Source: Dicyema japonicum
Taxonomy: Eukaryota; Animalia; Dicyemida
Length of the DNA: 64,000 bases
Assembly (NCBI GenBank): GCA_011109175.1
Contig: RDEW01000076.1
Span: forward strand, 71,951-135,950
Direction: 5' to 3'
Each line of letters starts with the position of its first letter. Within the stretch, counting starts at the first letter, position 1. Positions 1 to 12,941 of this stretch are shown here, in pieces. The notes under the pieces were generated by a model. The model did not search any database and was not told the origin of the DNA. It saw only the letters and a program-made list of their open reading frames with translations. The position numbers were made by a program, and so were the translations under genes.

Positions 1-159
1 CCTTTGGTTTCCTTCAGTCGAAGGGACCAGGAGTAAACAAATAAATGACCCCTGCCTCTCTTAGCAGTGATCTCATAATTTCCTGGTGTTTCTCTCAGGA
101 GTCGACTATTTGTTTTATTATTTAAAATGTGATTTTTCTATTTTTAATTTGTTAATTTG

Positions 160-400
160 GCCACGTGTTACGTCTAAATGACCAGGTCCCCGCAAATGTC
201 GCAATGGACAACTACTTCGCACACACAGGAGCCGGATTCCGTGGAAGACCAAGAACGACACTTCTGACTATCTTGAATGTCCGACTAGCGGTTGTTATGA
301 GACTAACTTTGGCGGAGGACCTAAGAGAACTAGCGCGCAACAAATGATAGATGCTGACGGAGAGGATGATTCGGAATACGGCACAAGGAGACTTAATTAA
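160..400 (+). mobile_element. RTE-clade non-LTR retrotransposon, 3' end fragment
   Basis: Encodes HVLRLNDQVPANVAMDNYF...RGRPRTTL...LRELARNK, the C-terminal motif after the RTE RT; the same motif occurs at the 3' end of the 38810-40443 element (GHILRMDLDVPA...RGRPRTTL). Confidence 0.65.
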
Positions 401-808
401 CTTTATGTTTTCTCGGGAGTGCTTTTTAATAATAATTTGATGGCGCAGTGTAACGATTGCCAACAAAAGGCTTGAGTATCTCGCTGCTGTAAATTCCGGC
501 TGAAGGTTCCACGCAGTACGATGCTATAGCTCCTCATAAGTGCAGTGTTAATTCGTTAATTTATCATTAATGTCAATATGACAGGGAATCGTTTTAGTGA
601 CGGAAATTAGGAACATTTGGTTTTATAAATTTGTCTGTCCTCATAAGGATGCAACGTCACTAAATCTGTGAAAAGAAAATAATGAAGAATAAAGTTTAAT
701 GACGAAATAAATCACCTATTCTAATTTGTTATGATAATTCATAGTGATTGACAGTATCGTGCTGTTATTGGTTTAAATACTGATTTCAATGCATTACAGC
801 GAAATAAC

Positions 809-3800
809 ATGCAAGCACTTAATTTCCGCGAATCATTCGTTTTGCTAGCCAAACGAGCGCTCGAAGATAAAAATCAAAAGAAATTCACAATTTTGAAGAC
901 AGACAGCTCGCTCTTTTGCTTCAAACCAAATAATATTGTTAGACAATTCTGCACAAAAATAATAGAATTCAAGCCTTTTGAATACTTTATTCTTACAGCA
1001 ATAATCGTAAACTGTATTCTCCTAGCAATGAACACCCCATTCCCTAACGATGACACCAATTATACGAATAAAATGCTGGATCAGATTGAGTACGCCTTTA
1101 TAATCTTATTCACTTTGGAAGCTATAATCAAAATCATAGCTCTTGGATTCATTTTCACTGAAAATTCTTATTTAAGCACAGCTTGGAATATCCTCGACTT
1201 TCTCATCGTTGTGATTGGGTACTTATTCTTGTAAGTATAGTATTGTGAGTGCAATCCTCTCAAACGTGGACAGCAACATCTTTGATGTCAAATCTTTACG
1301 AGCTTTTCGAGTTTTAAGACCCCTCCGACTGGTCTCCGGTGTTCCGAGTAATTAATTTTGGAAAACTTTAGGTCTCCAAGTTGTTGTAAACTCTATCATC
1401 AAGGCGATGTTTCCGTTGTTCCATGTCTCCCTTCTTGTGATTTTTGTGATAACAACCTACGCTATTATTGGAATGGAAATATTTTCCGATAAATTGCACA
1501 ATGTCTGCAGAAATCATATAACAAGTGATCCTGTGTTTATTCCAAGATCAAATCGAGGCTTTCCGTCCGTGCAACAAGGATGGAGTCGGATACACGTGTT
1601 CTTCCAACTCATCCTGTATCAACGATTGGATTGGCCCAAATGCTGGTATTTCGACTTTTGACAACATTGGAATCGCCATGCTTACAGTTTTTCAGTGCAT
1701 AACCATGGAAGGATGGACGGACGTGTTGTATAATGTAGATATCCTTAAGTTATTTCAGATCAACGATGCCTATGGGAGGTCATGGCCGTGGATATATTTT
1801 GTCAGTCTAATCATTATTGGGTCATTTTTTGTTCTAAATCTGATCCTCGGAGTCCTCAGTGGGTAAGCGCTACCAATATTCTTAGAGAATTTTCCAAAGA
1901 GCGGGAAAAACAGCATCAAAGGGGAAATTATTTCAAACAAAAAGAAAGGAAGCAGATTGAGAAATATTACGAGGAATATATGGAATGGATTCTTTCAGGG
2001 GATCAGGTTGAATCAACAAAGAATTTTCTAAAAAGAAATGCCCCTACAATAGGTGAGATCTTAAGTGACCTTAAGGACATCTTGAGTCCAACAAAATCAC
2101 GTGGAGTTTTATAATCTACGAAATATTGTTTTATGTTGGATTTTAAATTAGCAATTTGTTGGCCATTTTCAACCGAAAACTGAAAAGGAAAATTCAGAAA
2201 GCAATAAAGTCTCAGATTTTTTATTGGTCGATAATTGTGCTAGTCTTCCTCAATACGTGCGTGATAGCTCTCGACCACCACGGAGAACCCGACTGGCTTT
2301 CAGAATTTCAATGTAGATTTACTCATCACGGTAGCCATGGCGAACATTATTTTTGTGTCATTTTTTACTCTCGAAATGATCCTGAAAATATACAGTTTTG
2401 GAATTCGGAGATATTTTCTGTCTTACTTTAACCGCTTTGACTTCATCGTCATGATTGGGAGCATTGGGGAACTGATCCTCTCACTTTTTGGGGTGATCCA
2501 TCCTCTTGGGTTAAGTATTATGCGAGCCACAAGACTCCTTAGAGTATTCAAAGTGACGAGGTCCACTGACTTTAAAATTTACAGATATTGGACTGCATTG
2601 AGGAATCTCGTGATTTCCTTGATTAACAGTTTAAAATCTATCGCCAGTTTACTGCTCCTTCTGTTTCTGTTTATAACGATTTTTTCATTGCTCGGAATGC
2701 AGTTGTTTGGGGGTCGTTTGGATAATTCTGAAGGAAAAATCAGAAGTAATTTCGATGGAATCTGGCAGGCATTGATTACAGTCTTCCAAGTTTTCAAAAT
2801 CTTAAATTATAGATTTTGACGGGAGAAGACTGGAATCTAGTCATGTATGCTGGTATTAACAGTTACGGGGGAATCAATTCTGCAGGAGCTTTGGTTTCTC
2901 TTTACTTTGTTATACTGTTTATTTGCGGAAATTGTACATCTCCCTATAAATCCAGATATACTGCTCAACCTCTTCCTTGCTATCGCCGTCGACAACTTGA
3001 CTGATATTCAGAATGAAATTGATACCAAAGTTCTCATATTGGTTATTCGAAAGGACAACAAGACGTCCGGGATGGTGGATAGTGCCCGTGATTCTGACAG
3101 TAATAATGCTACCACTGAAGGAGAAAAAGTCTGTTATTTGGTCATTTTCAGACCAAGACTCGGAATGTCCGCCATATTCTTCATTGTTCCTGTTTTCTCA
3201 TAAAAACATGTAAATTGATTTCGGTAAACGCAGATTTCGGATATTCTGCTTTAAATTTACTAAAAACAAATATTTTGAAAACTTCATTTTGATATGCATT
3301 CTGACCTCGAGTTTGACCTTGGCCTTGGAGGAACCAATCAATGAAGCGAGCAAAATAAACAAAGTCATTTTTCCGTTTATTTAAGATTCTCGTTTATTTC
3401 GATTACGTGTTCACGTGTATTTTTACGATTGAAATATTAATGAAGGTGGAATATATTTGGCTCATTTAGATTGTGGCGTTCGGCTTTATTATGCATCCTT
3501 CCTCATTCTGCAGGGAGTCATTTAACTTGCTAGATTTGCTTGTGGTGACCATCTCCAATGTAGCTATCTTTATGAGGTAGTCTTACTCAATCACTCAAGT
3601 GGGGGAGCAATCAAGTCGGTGAAGGTCCTGAGAGTTCTACGACCACTGAGAGCCGTCAATAGGGCGAAACAATTAAAGGTTAGATTATAGAACTTTACAT
3701 TAATTCCTAATAACCTTGTTAACCCCTAAAAGCACGTCGTTCAATGTGTCGTGGTGGCCATAAAAACAATTGGAAGCATAATGTTGGTGACATTTCTCCT

Positions 3801-6362
3801 ACAATTCATTTTCGCTTGTATTGGCGTCCAACTCTTTAAGGGAAAATTTTATCACTGCACTGATCCATCCAAACTGACAGACTATGAATGCAGGTAAGCA
3901 CAGGCTGCATAATTTAGGGGAAACTTTATCCACTATTCTGATTTCTCTTCTCCCCCCGAAGTGATTGAGCGTCAGTGGGTGAACGAGGCATTAAACTTCG
4001 ATAACGTAATTAACGGAATCCTTACTCTTTTTGTTGTAACAACCTTCGAAGGGTGGCCAGGGTACCGGTATGATCAAAGTGATATAGAGTACTCTATAAT
4101 TCTATTGACGCCACAAAGCCAGGATATGGTCCCAGTCACAACCACCAGAAGGCGATTGCGATCTATTACATAGTCTACATAATATTGATTGTCTTCTTTA
4201 TGGTCAACATATTCATCGGCTTTGTGATCGTGACATTTCAGAGTGAGGGGGAACGAGAGTACAGAAACTGTGAACTTGATAAGAATACAGTGAGGGATAA
4301 ATATTATCTCAGCGTAAATGCATAGAGTACGCCCTCACGGTGAAGCCAACCAAGCTGTTTATCCCAAAGGGCAAATATCAACACTTTGTTTGGAAATTGG
4401 TGGTTTCAAAGACAGCTGAGTACATCGTCTTTGGACTCATTATTGCCAACACCGTTATTTTGGCCATGCAGGTTCGCTTGTGACTCACTGTAGCACCGCG
4501 GAGAGAGTCCTCAGTACAAGTCGGTTTTGGGTAAATTGAACATTGCCTTCACTATCCTCTTTACCTTTGAATTTATCCTTAAAATATTTGGTTTTGGCAT
4601 AAAAGTTGGGGACATTATGACTTTAGAATTACTTTGCTGATTATTGGAATATATTTGACTTTGTGATTATTGTGGGGAGTTACATTGATATCATCATGGA
4701 GTTGACTGTTCTTGTTGGATTTATTTTAGTATGAAAAAATAGTTTCCATTAACTTTTGTCGACTATTTCGTGTGATGAGACTCATTAAACTGCTTAGTAG
4801 GGGAGAAGGCATTAAAACTTTGTTGTGGACTTTCATCAAGTCATTTCAAGTAAAATTATAATAAATTTAGTCACTCCCTTACATTGGAATTCTTATAGCG
4901 ATGTTGTTCTTCATTTATGCCATTATAGGCATTCAGCTGTTTGGGTCCATTGCCTTGAATGAGAGTACTCAGATTAACAGCAATAATAATTTCCAATCCT
5001 TCCCTCAGTCTCTTCTTTTGCTATTTAGGTATATCCCCTGTATATTTGTATATCTGTCACTGGGGAGGCTTGGCAGGAGATTATGCTTGATTGTATTCCG
5101 GGGGAACATATGCAATGTGACCCCAGAGTTAAAAATCCAAATAGCTGTGGTTCACTCTTTGCCTATGCTTACTTCATCAGCTTCTCCCTTCTTTGCTCAT
5201 TCCTGGTCATTCTCTTTCATATTTCAGGGGATTAATTTGTTTGTGGCAGTCATAATAGACAACTTTGATTACCTAACACGTGATTGGTCAATCCTTGGTC
5301 CACATCACTTGGAAGAATTTGTTAAAGTATGGTCAGAGTATGACCCTGATGCCACGTGGGTGTTTATGTGATGAGTAGAGGATTGATAAAGCACATTGAC
5401 TTGGTCAGTCTTCTCAGACAAATATCCCCACCATTAGGATTTGGTATGCTATGTCCCCACAGATACGCCTGTAAGGTGATGTCATCAGTTATTGCAGAAA
5501 TTGGTAACAATGAATATGCCATTACTGAGTGACGGGACTGTCCAGTTTAATGCCACTTTATTTGCCCTTGTGAGGACCTCCTTGAAGGTCAAGACTGAGG
5601 GTCGACCTTTTATGTATTTTTAGGAGTTTATTATCGCTGTAATGATGATTTGAAGGACATAATATTAAAAATATGGAAAAAGACAAAAATTGAGTTTTTA
5701 GACAACATTTTCCCGTCCATTGGTTATTTTCACTATTATTTAGAATCTGATGAGACAACTGTTGGAAAGTTATATGCTACTTTTTTGATTCAGGATTACT
5801 TCAGGGAATTTAGACGACGAAAACAAGAAATGGAAAACAAACCATCTTACAAATTCCAGGCTGGACTGCGTGTTCCCCCAGACATTGGCCCCAACATTAC
5901 AAGGAAGAGATCTTCTCATATTCAAATCAATTCAGTTTATATAAAATGACAATTATAGAGGGACTTTAGGCCAAGAATTCAAATGTAGTGATATAACTAT
6001 ATGACTATAGGGAGGGTCAAACAGTGATGAATTCAAGTCTATCCCGTCCACTGGAATTTATCAGCGAGTCGATAAAGTACAGTATTGTTTGATTCGAAGA
6101 AGTAATTCGCCAGTGTTACTTCATGAACAATCTCTTAGGGTAAATGGACCGGTCGCTTATAGAAGGGAGAGTAGTTGTACTTTGCTTATTGACAAAGTTA
6201 TTTACGGTTATATCATAGATTTTGAGAATTGAGGGAATGGATGATGTGGCTGAGCCTGAATCATTGACGAATGAGATGATGAGGATTAATGATATTACTA
6301 TTGAGGAGTTGGATTCGGTTGCACAGGACTACATTGATATGGACTTTAATAAATTTAGTTAA
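809..6362 (+). CDS. Cav1: Voltage-gated calcium channel alpha-1 subunit, L-type (Cav1), about 33 short introns
   Basis: Four repeats with S4 motifs ([56 protein letters not shown]). Pore filters TMEGW/TGEDW/TFEGW/TGEAW (EEEE). L-type IQ motif [22 protein letters not shown] followed by QAGLR..DIGP. Splicing GT-AG introns of 21-26 nt (e.g. 1219-1240, 1348-1371, 1525-1546, 1735-1758, 1863-1885) restores the frame through to TAA at 6360-6362. Two junctions are irregular (II-III loop near 3129 and 5029-5053). Confidence 0.97.
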
Positions 6363-6523
6363 TTAATTATTTAAAGTAATTTTATTAATTTTATTCTTTA
6401 TTAATAATTATTCATTTTTGAAAAGTAATGAGTCTTTCGATATTAGTTCAAGTAGTAGAAGAGGTCAAAGGATTGGTCCCTTTTTCCATAAAATTTTTTT
6501 TATTTTGAGTCAATAAAGCGATT

Positions 6524-9497
6524 TAAAATAATTTCCACGTTGTTGTCGTCGTTAATATATACAGTTCTCTCTCCTATTATCTATTCATGTCTGTTTTTTA
6601 TGATGTACTACACGAAGACATTTCATGCAAAGGGTGCAGAGTATCCAATTCTCGCATGTGCGGGATTCGATGTTCTGTATGTGTTGGTTACTTCCACATA
6701 GGTTGTGAAAAACTATCCAAGAAAATTGCTCGATCACTTCCCTCGTGGTCGTGCCGGTCGTGCCGTCTGGAACTCACTAAAATTGAACCTTATGATCATT
6801 TTGTGTCATCATCATCTGTATCAGACTTCTGGAAGCCATGTCTCCGGAGGATTTTCTGGTTTTATTTTCAAACACGCGACAAAGGAAGATTATCCCTGTC
6901 AGGATCCCCAGGGCTTCCCGGATCTCAATTGCTTCTGCCCTTTCTTCTTGCATTGAGAAAGCTCTGTCCAATGGCTCGAAAAAGGATTGGATGGTTCTTT
7001 TCTCTTTCCCTGTCCTGGCTATGGGGTTAGAGCGTAAGCCTGCCCCATCTTCTCGGAAACCCTCTTTATCCCATGTCCTGAAGAAGCACGTGAGTGCCTT
7101 TATGGATTCATGGGAGTCCTTGGCTGAAGAATTATTTGTTTCCTTAGTTGATTACTTCCCAAAGTCCAATTCCAAGCAATCCAGTATGGCTCCTGAGAGG
7201 CTTCGCTCTCGTGTCAGGAAGAAATTGATGGAGGGCGATCTTACTGCTGCAGTTCGAACTGTTTGTACGGATTCTGACCCGGTGAAAGGAGACACTCTCT
7301 ATATTGGGACAGAAACATCCACCAGAACCAGAAGACTTTTGTAAACCTGTTCGTCCAGAACAATCTATGCATGATATTTCCACTTCAGCCATTTACAACG
7401 CTCTTTGTTCTTTTCGAAGAAGTAGCAGTGGAGGAGTTGACGGTCTCAAACCTGACCATCTGTCAGACTTGGTGTCCCATTCTATCGGCAGGCCTGGATC
7501 GCTACTCTTGGAGCGAACCCGGGATCTCGTAGCTCTCATGCTTTCCGGAAACGTTTCCGATTTTGGTCGGAATCTCCTCTTTTCGGCGAGTCTAACGGGC
7601 CTTGGTAAGAAAGATGGTGGTATTCGCCCCATTGCAATTGGAAACGTATTTCGACGTTTATCCGCAAAAATGGCTTGTCGTTTTGTTATCTCCCGAATTT
7701 CAGCCGAATTTTGTCCTTCGCAGCTTGGTGTCGGAATCAATGGCGGCTGTGAAGCTGGGATCCACGCAGTGAGAGAATTTGCGTCACAATCAGCTGAATT
7801 GAATGTTGAGGACAGAGTTTTATTCAAATTGGACCTCCGGAATGCCTTCAATTCAGTCAGAAGGGACACCTTGATACCTGTAGGAGGAGGATTCCTCAGA
7901 TTTATCCCTTTGTATATCTCGCGTATTCGGATCCATCCCCTCTTGTTTTTGGCAGTGGAATTATTTCATCCGGAGTTCAACAGGGGGACCCACTCGGTCC
8001 TCTTCTATTTTCCTTGTCTATTGACCATATTGCCCAGGACCGTTGCACCCCACTAACGTCTGGTATCTGGACGATTGTATTCTCGGTGGAAGTCCCGATG
8101 ATATTCTATTCAAAGTTGCATCGATCAGAAGTTTGTGTGCAAAAATCGGTCTGGATTTTAACAATGAAAAGTGCGAAGCAATTAATCTGAATTTGAGTTC
8201 CGATTCATTCTACCTTTTTCATAGAAAACTCAGCGATATCATCCCAGGGGTTAGGGAGACTCATATTGATTCTCTCGACTTCCTTGGGTGTGGGATTTTG
8301 GTAAACCGGGTGAGGGAGTTATTGGAACGCAAGAGGACTAATTTACGTCAATATGCCGACAGGATGAGTTTTTTGGACCGTCATGTCGCCTTTTTTATGC
8401 TGAAGAATTGTCTCCTTCTCCAAAACTCCTTTTTATTCTACGGGGATCCCCATGCTACGCCGAAAAAGACCTTCTATCGTTAATTGATATGGATATCCGG
8501 TCAACGATGGGGTCCATTCTTAATGTTCGTTTTGATGATTTCGGATGGTTACAGGCCTCACTCCCTGTAGCCTGCGGTGGTTTGGGTCTTTCTCTTCCTT
8601 CGGACGTTGCTTTGGGCGCCTATTTATCTTCGTTCGGCTCGTCAAGGCGTTTAGTGGATACGGTCCTTCACTCTACTTCCGGACTAAACGTACCGCTGAC
8701 GCCGTCGGGAGCCTGGGATGAATGGATGAATTTGTACCTGAATGCTCCGGCAATTGTGATAAGCAAAAGTCCTATTTGTTTTGTGTCTTCGAAAAGAAGA
8801 AAGAGTCCCTTGAAAAGACGGAAGATGTAAGAAGGCTTGCCTGCCTCAAAACAGCCAGTTGTCACTCGACGGGGGCCTGGATGAACGCTTATCCATCTGC
8901 CGAAATTGGAAACCTGTTGGATGATGAGGCTGTGAGAATAGCTACCTCGCTTCGTCTTGGTCTTAAATTGTGTGCCGAAAGAAAATGCCGCTGTGGACGT
9001 TGGATCGATCCTTTTGGTTATCATCCCTTGTCATGCAAGATGAGTGCGGGTCGTTTCCCCAGGCACTCCTGTCTTAACATGACATTAAAGAATTCCCTTG
9101 CCTCTGCTGGACACCATTGCCTGTTAGAACCTGCTGGTCTTTCCCGAAACGATGGAAAACGCCCTGATGGGATGACGACTTTTCCATTCGCCAACGGACG
9201 AAACCTGATCTGGGACGTGTGTTGATACTTATTCCCCGTCTAATTTGGTTGCTTCTGCTTCAGACCCAGGTGTATCTTTTTGTTCCATTCGCTGTGGGAC
9301 GTCAGGAATCCTTGGCCCCCAAGCAGATGAGTTGGTTCGTAAGATCGGCTCCATGATTCAAGCTGTGACCAAGGATCCGCGAGAGACTGGTTGGTTTCGA
9401 GAAAGTATCTCGTTGGATATTGTTAGGGGAAATAGCATGGCCATTCAGATACCTTAATTTAATTTTTATTAATAAAGTTTAATTTGACTGGAAAAAA
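6524..9497 (+). mobile_element. Near full-length CRE-clade non-LTR retrotransposon (PHD finger + RT + CCHC + restriction-like endonuclease), frameshifted
   Basis: Motifs GIRPIAIGNVFRRLSAK, QLGVG..GGCEAG, KLDLRNAFNSVRR, WYLDD, GGLGL, CRCG..IDPFGYHPLSCK...RH and KRPDGMT..P...G..LIWDV. C4HC3 PHD at 6620-6760. 12-bp target-site duplication AATAAAGCGATT at 6512-6523 and 9498-9509, with a short A tail. Confidence 0.9.
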
Positions 9498-10949
9498 AAT
9501 AAAGCGATTAGGTGTGAAAAAGAAGAAGTCAAAGGATCTCCCCTTTTCATCAAAAAACAAAAAAATTTAGAGAATTATTTTTTGCATTTAATGGAAACCT
9601 TCGTACTGTGGTCTGTCCCTTTCAAGAAGCTAGAATTAACTCATTTTTAGCTAAGGAACATTCTATTGGACATCCTGCTGTTTCCAAGATTTGCAAATTA
9701 ATTTGCGAAAAATACATTGGTTATTCGCCATTTTATGTCAACTTGTGATTTCTGCAACCATTTCAACAGTCTAAAGATTTGTGAAGATATGCAAATAATT
9801 ACTGTTGATTTACTCAGTTGGGCCCTTGAAACCTTACAAACGGATGGTGGAAAAGAGTTTTGTAACTCTGAAGTTTCAGCATTATTATGTGATTGGGGAT
9901 AACGGCGATTCATGGTAGACCAAGACACCCTCAATCACAAGGCAGGTGGAACGCTATAATCAAACGCTAAAGCGCAGGTTAGCGAAAACTATTTCAATAA
10001 AAATCTAATATAACGTTTCTAGTAGTTGTCACAACATGAGATAAAAAGATTCGATGGCCATATGAGAGAAAGAAAACAGAATTTAACATACACTACTGTA
10101 CTCCGGGATTTTACTTCACTATTTTCCTTAGGGATTTAACTTCTCTCTATTTTATTTTTTTGAAACAAAACTTAGTGGTTGTTAATATTTTCAAGTGATA
10201 AATTTGTCTTATCAACAACCCGGGGTCTCATGACATACGACATTTATTATTATTTTGCAAAAAGCAACTAAATGAAAGTTATCTCCTCGTTGCTTCTGGA
10301 AGGCCGTGGATAATCTTCCATGTTAGATTCCTTCACACTCTCTTTGGGAAGGCGATTTTTCGAGGGACATCTAGGACGTCTGCATGTTCGAGTTTCTTAT
10401 TACAGTAACAAGATCTTCTTGAATTGAAATAGGACAGAGTAGCATGGACGTCCGTGGTATTCACAATTTCATTGTTTGCCGGATCCTGATTTTCATCAGC
10501 GACGTACCTGATTTCTGGGTGGGAGTTTATTTTTTCACATTGTGACTGCCCATGTTCCAGAATTTTACAGAAGCACATGGGGGACAAACACATTGTAAAG
10601 TCGCAATTTTGTCTTGAATGATACATGGGGACTACTCATCCATTTGACTGTATTTTCTTATTGTTGCTAAAGTTTTCCTCCTTTTATGTCTTCCCAGTCC
10701 CCTAGTAGAGACCCTAGCTTCCTCACTCTTTTCCATGGCCCCTCTTTTCACTGTGGTTATGCCAGTTTTTTCAATATTCACTTTCAATCACCATTCGAAT
10801 AAATCGAGTGCACAGTCTAGGATATTTTGTATATCACCCATCTTTTCGAAAACATAGTCTCGTGTGGTGAGGTATCAAATATTTTGTTATACATGTGACA
10901 ATTTTTTGTGTCAATAAGTCGTAAGAATTTTATGAGTTTTTTTTCTATC

Positions 10950-11360
10950 CCTGCGTTATATTTTAGCTTGAGGCCTGGGGTTGCCAGTAAATTGTGGTTC
11001 TCGTTGTGGAATTGGTTTCTGAAATAACTTCGTTAGGAATTCTCTTTCGGTCAGTTACTTTAATTTTTATAGATACGCTTGATTTATTCACAATTCTGAT
11101 TGCCCTGAGCATTTTCGCACCGTTTTCTAATTTTTCTAGTTCCAAGGCAATGTTATTGAGATTAGTCGTGGAGTACTTTCACTCTTTATATTCCTCTATA
11201 TTTCCCTTCTCTTCTTTAACTCTTCTTAACGTTGCACTTAGGATTTTCTTTTCTGAGTGAGTTCCTTTGTATTCTTGACAATTCTTGAATTTCCTTATCA
11301 GAACTGATTCCTCTCACATTAAAAGTGATTAAGCTGAAATTCTTTCTTCCACAGTGTTTT
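10950..11360 (-). mobile_element. Degenerate LINE apurinic-endonuclease remnant (RTE-like)
   Basis: The minus strand reads LITFNVRGISSDK, the APE N-terminal motif, followed by interrupted frames. Confidence 0.35.
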
Positions 11361-11449
11361 TGAGACATTATCAGCACTAAGTACTAGATAGGGATGTCAC
11401 CATCTAAATTAAAATATTAACCCCCGTTTCGCTAAAATGTAGGAAATCG

Positions 11450-12890
11450 ACAACCGTCAGAAAGCTATCCGCTAAGACAGGACGCTTCCAGAGATCCAGA
11501 ACTTTGACGTCGAGCCATGGAAGTCCAGGATAGAGGCATAGTATAGCGTCATCCTAATGAAATGCTTGTACAATAAGATAAGGCACTCCTTTTCCTGGCA
11601 GTTCATGTGGCCAGCTATTACTCGGAGGATGTTTAATTTTCGTTTTACTTTGGTGTAGAGTACTTCAACATGGTAGTTAAAACTGAGTGAGTGTCAAACG
11701 TGACTACATCACCACCTCAACCAAATAAGTGTCATAGCTGACATACAATGTGAGTTTCCAAAATTAATTTTATTATATTTTTTATTTAATTCAAAAACAC
11801 CAATAGTTAATCTCGTTGAAATTAATTAGGTGATCCCGACAATCCTGAAGAGCTTTCTCAGCTTCACCGATGCTGGACTTTTGACCCAACACATTCATGG
11901 CATGGGCGGGGGACAGTGTTCGTGAGAAAGCTAACTGGGGTGATGTGGTTCTGGAAGCTTGACACAGGACAGACTGTCGACGACAGGTCCTGCTGGAGGG
12001 TAACGTCAAGAAGCTCTTGCCGTTTTCCTCAATGAGGTAGTCAAAGGGACTGGGTGGAATGTTGTTCAGCTTTGCCATGTGCATTATGGTAGTCGACGCT
12101 CGACATAGGTGTTATCAACTTTAAGACGGTTCTCACGAGAGATTAATTCCCATGCTGCACAGGCATAACTGATTGTTGGCTCGATGAATTGCTTTTTTAT
12201 TCCACCAAATATGGTTTTGATTAAACCAATTTTCCTCTGACAAGTTCCAATGGTCTTCTCAATATGGGCAGAAAAGCGCATCAAAAGTGACCCCCAGAAT
12301 TTTAGGGTTCTTCGTAAAATGGATTTTTTTGTTGTCCAGGATAGATCCACAGTACATATTCTGAGCCTTTCATCCGAGGTAAATAGAGTGGCGGAGGATT
12401 TTTCGGGAGATATGTTCATCCGGTTTTGGTGTAGCCAAGTTTGAATTTGAAGCAAGAGTTCTTGTACTTTTTTGAAGCAATCGTGAGGTCTTTATCACGT
12501 GAAATAATGAGTAGGTCATCAACATAAGCGAGAATTATCGAGTCTCCCATAACTGGGTTGGGAATGTCAGAAAGGTATAAGGTGAATAGGGCAGGAGACA
12601 AGGGGAGCCTTGGGGAACTTCATTTGGAAGTAATCTTGAAACTGATCGAATCCCATCCAAGCATGCACGCCCTCTCCTTCCGCTGAGAAATTTGAAAGCC
12701 ATAATGTTATGTTCGAGTTGATGATAGTCTAAATATTTTTTGAGTTAAGATTTTTCTGGATACAGAATCTAGGCCTTTTGTAGGTCGAGACAGCATAAAA
12801 CAGATTTTAGATGTGGTTTGGCAGAAAAGCCTTCAATAATGAACTGGTTCAATGAGGTGAGTTGATGTAGACCGGTCTCTCCTGAAACCA
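11450..12890 (-). mobile_element. I-group/jockey-like LINE (family B) RT fragments, 5'-truncated
   Basis: SVLCCLDLQKA, SPALFTLYLSDIP, LAYVDD, ISPEKSSATLFTSD and KQFIEPTISYACAAW; homologous to 60226-62690. Confidence 0.85.
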
Positions 12891-12941
12891 TGTTGGAATA
12901 ATAAATATTAAAAATCATACAAGAATAATAAATATTAAAAA

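Noticed and set aside
5031-5060. 30-nt AT-AC (U12-type) intron in Cav1
   Set aside because: Removing 30 nt keeps the wrong frame (LGRLGRR) and loses TGEAW.
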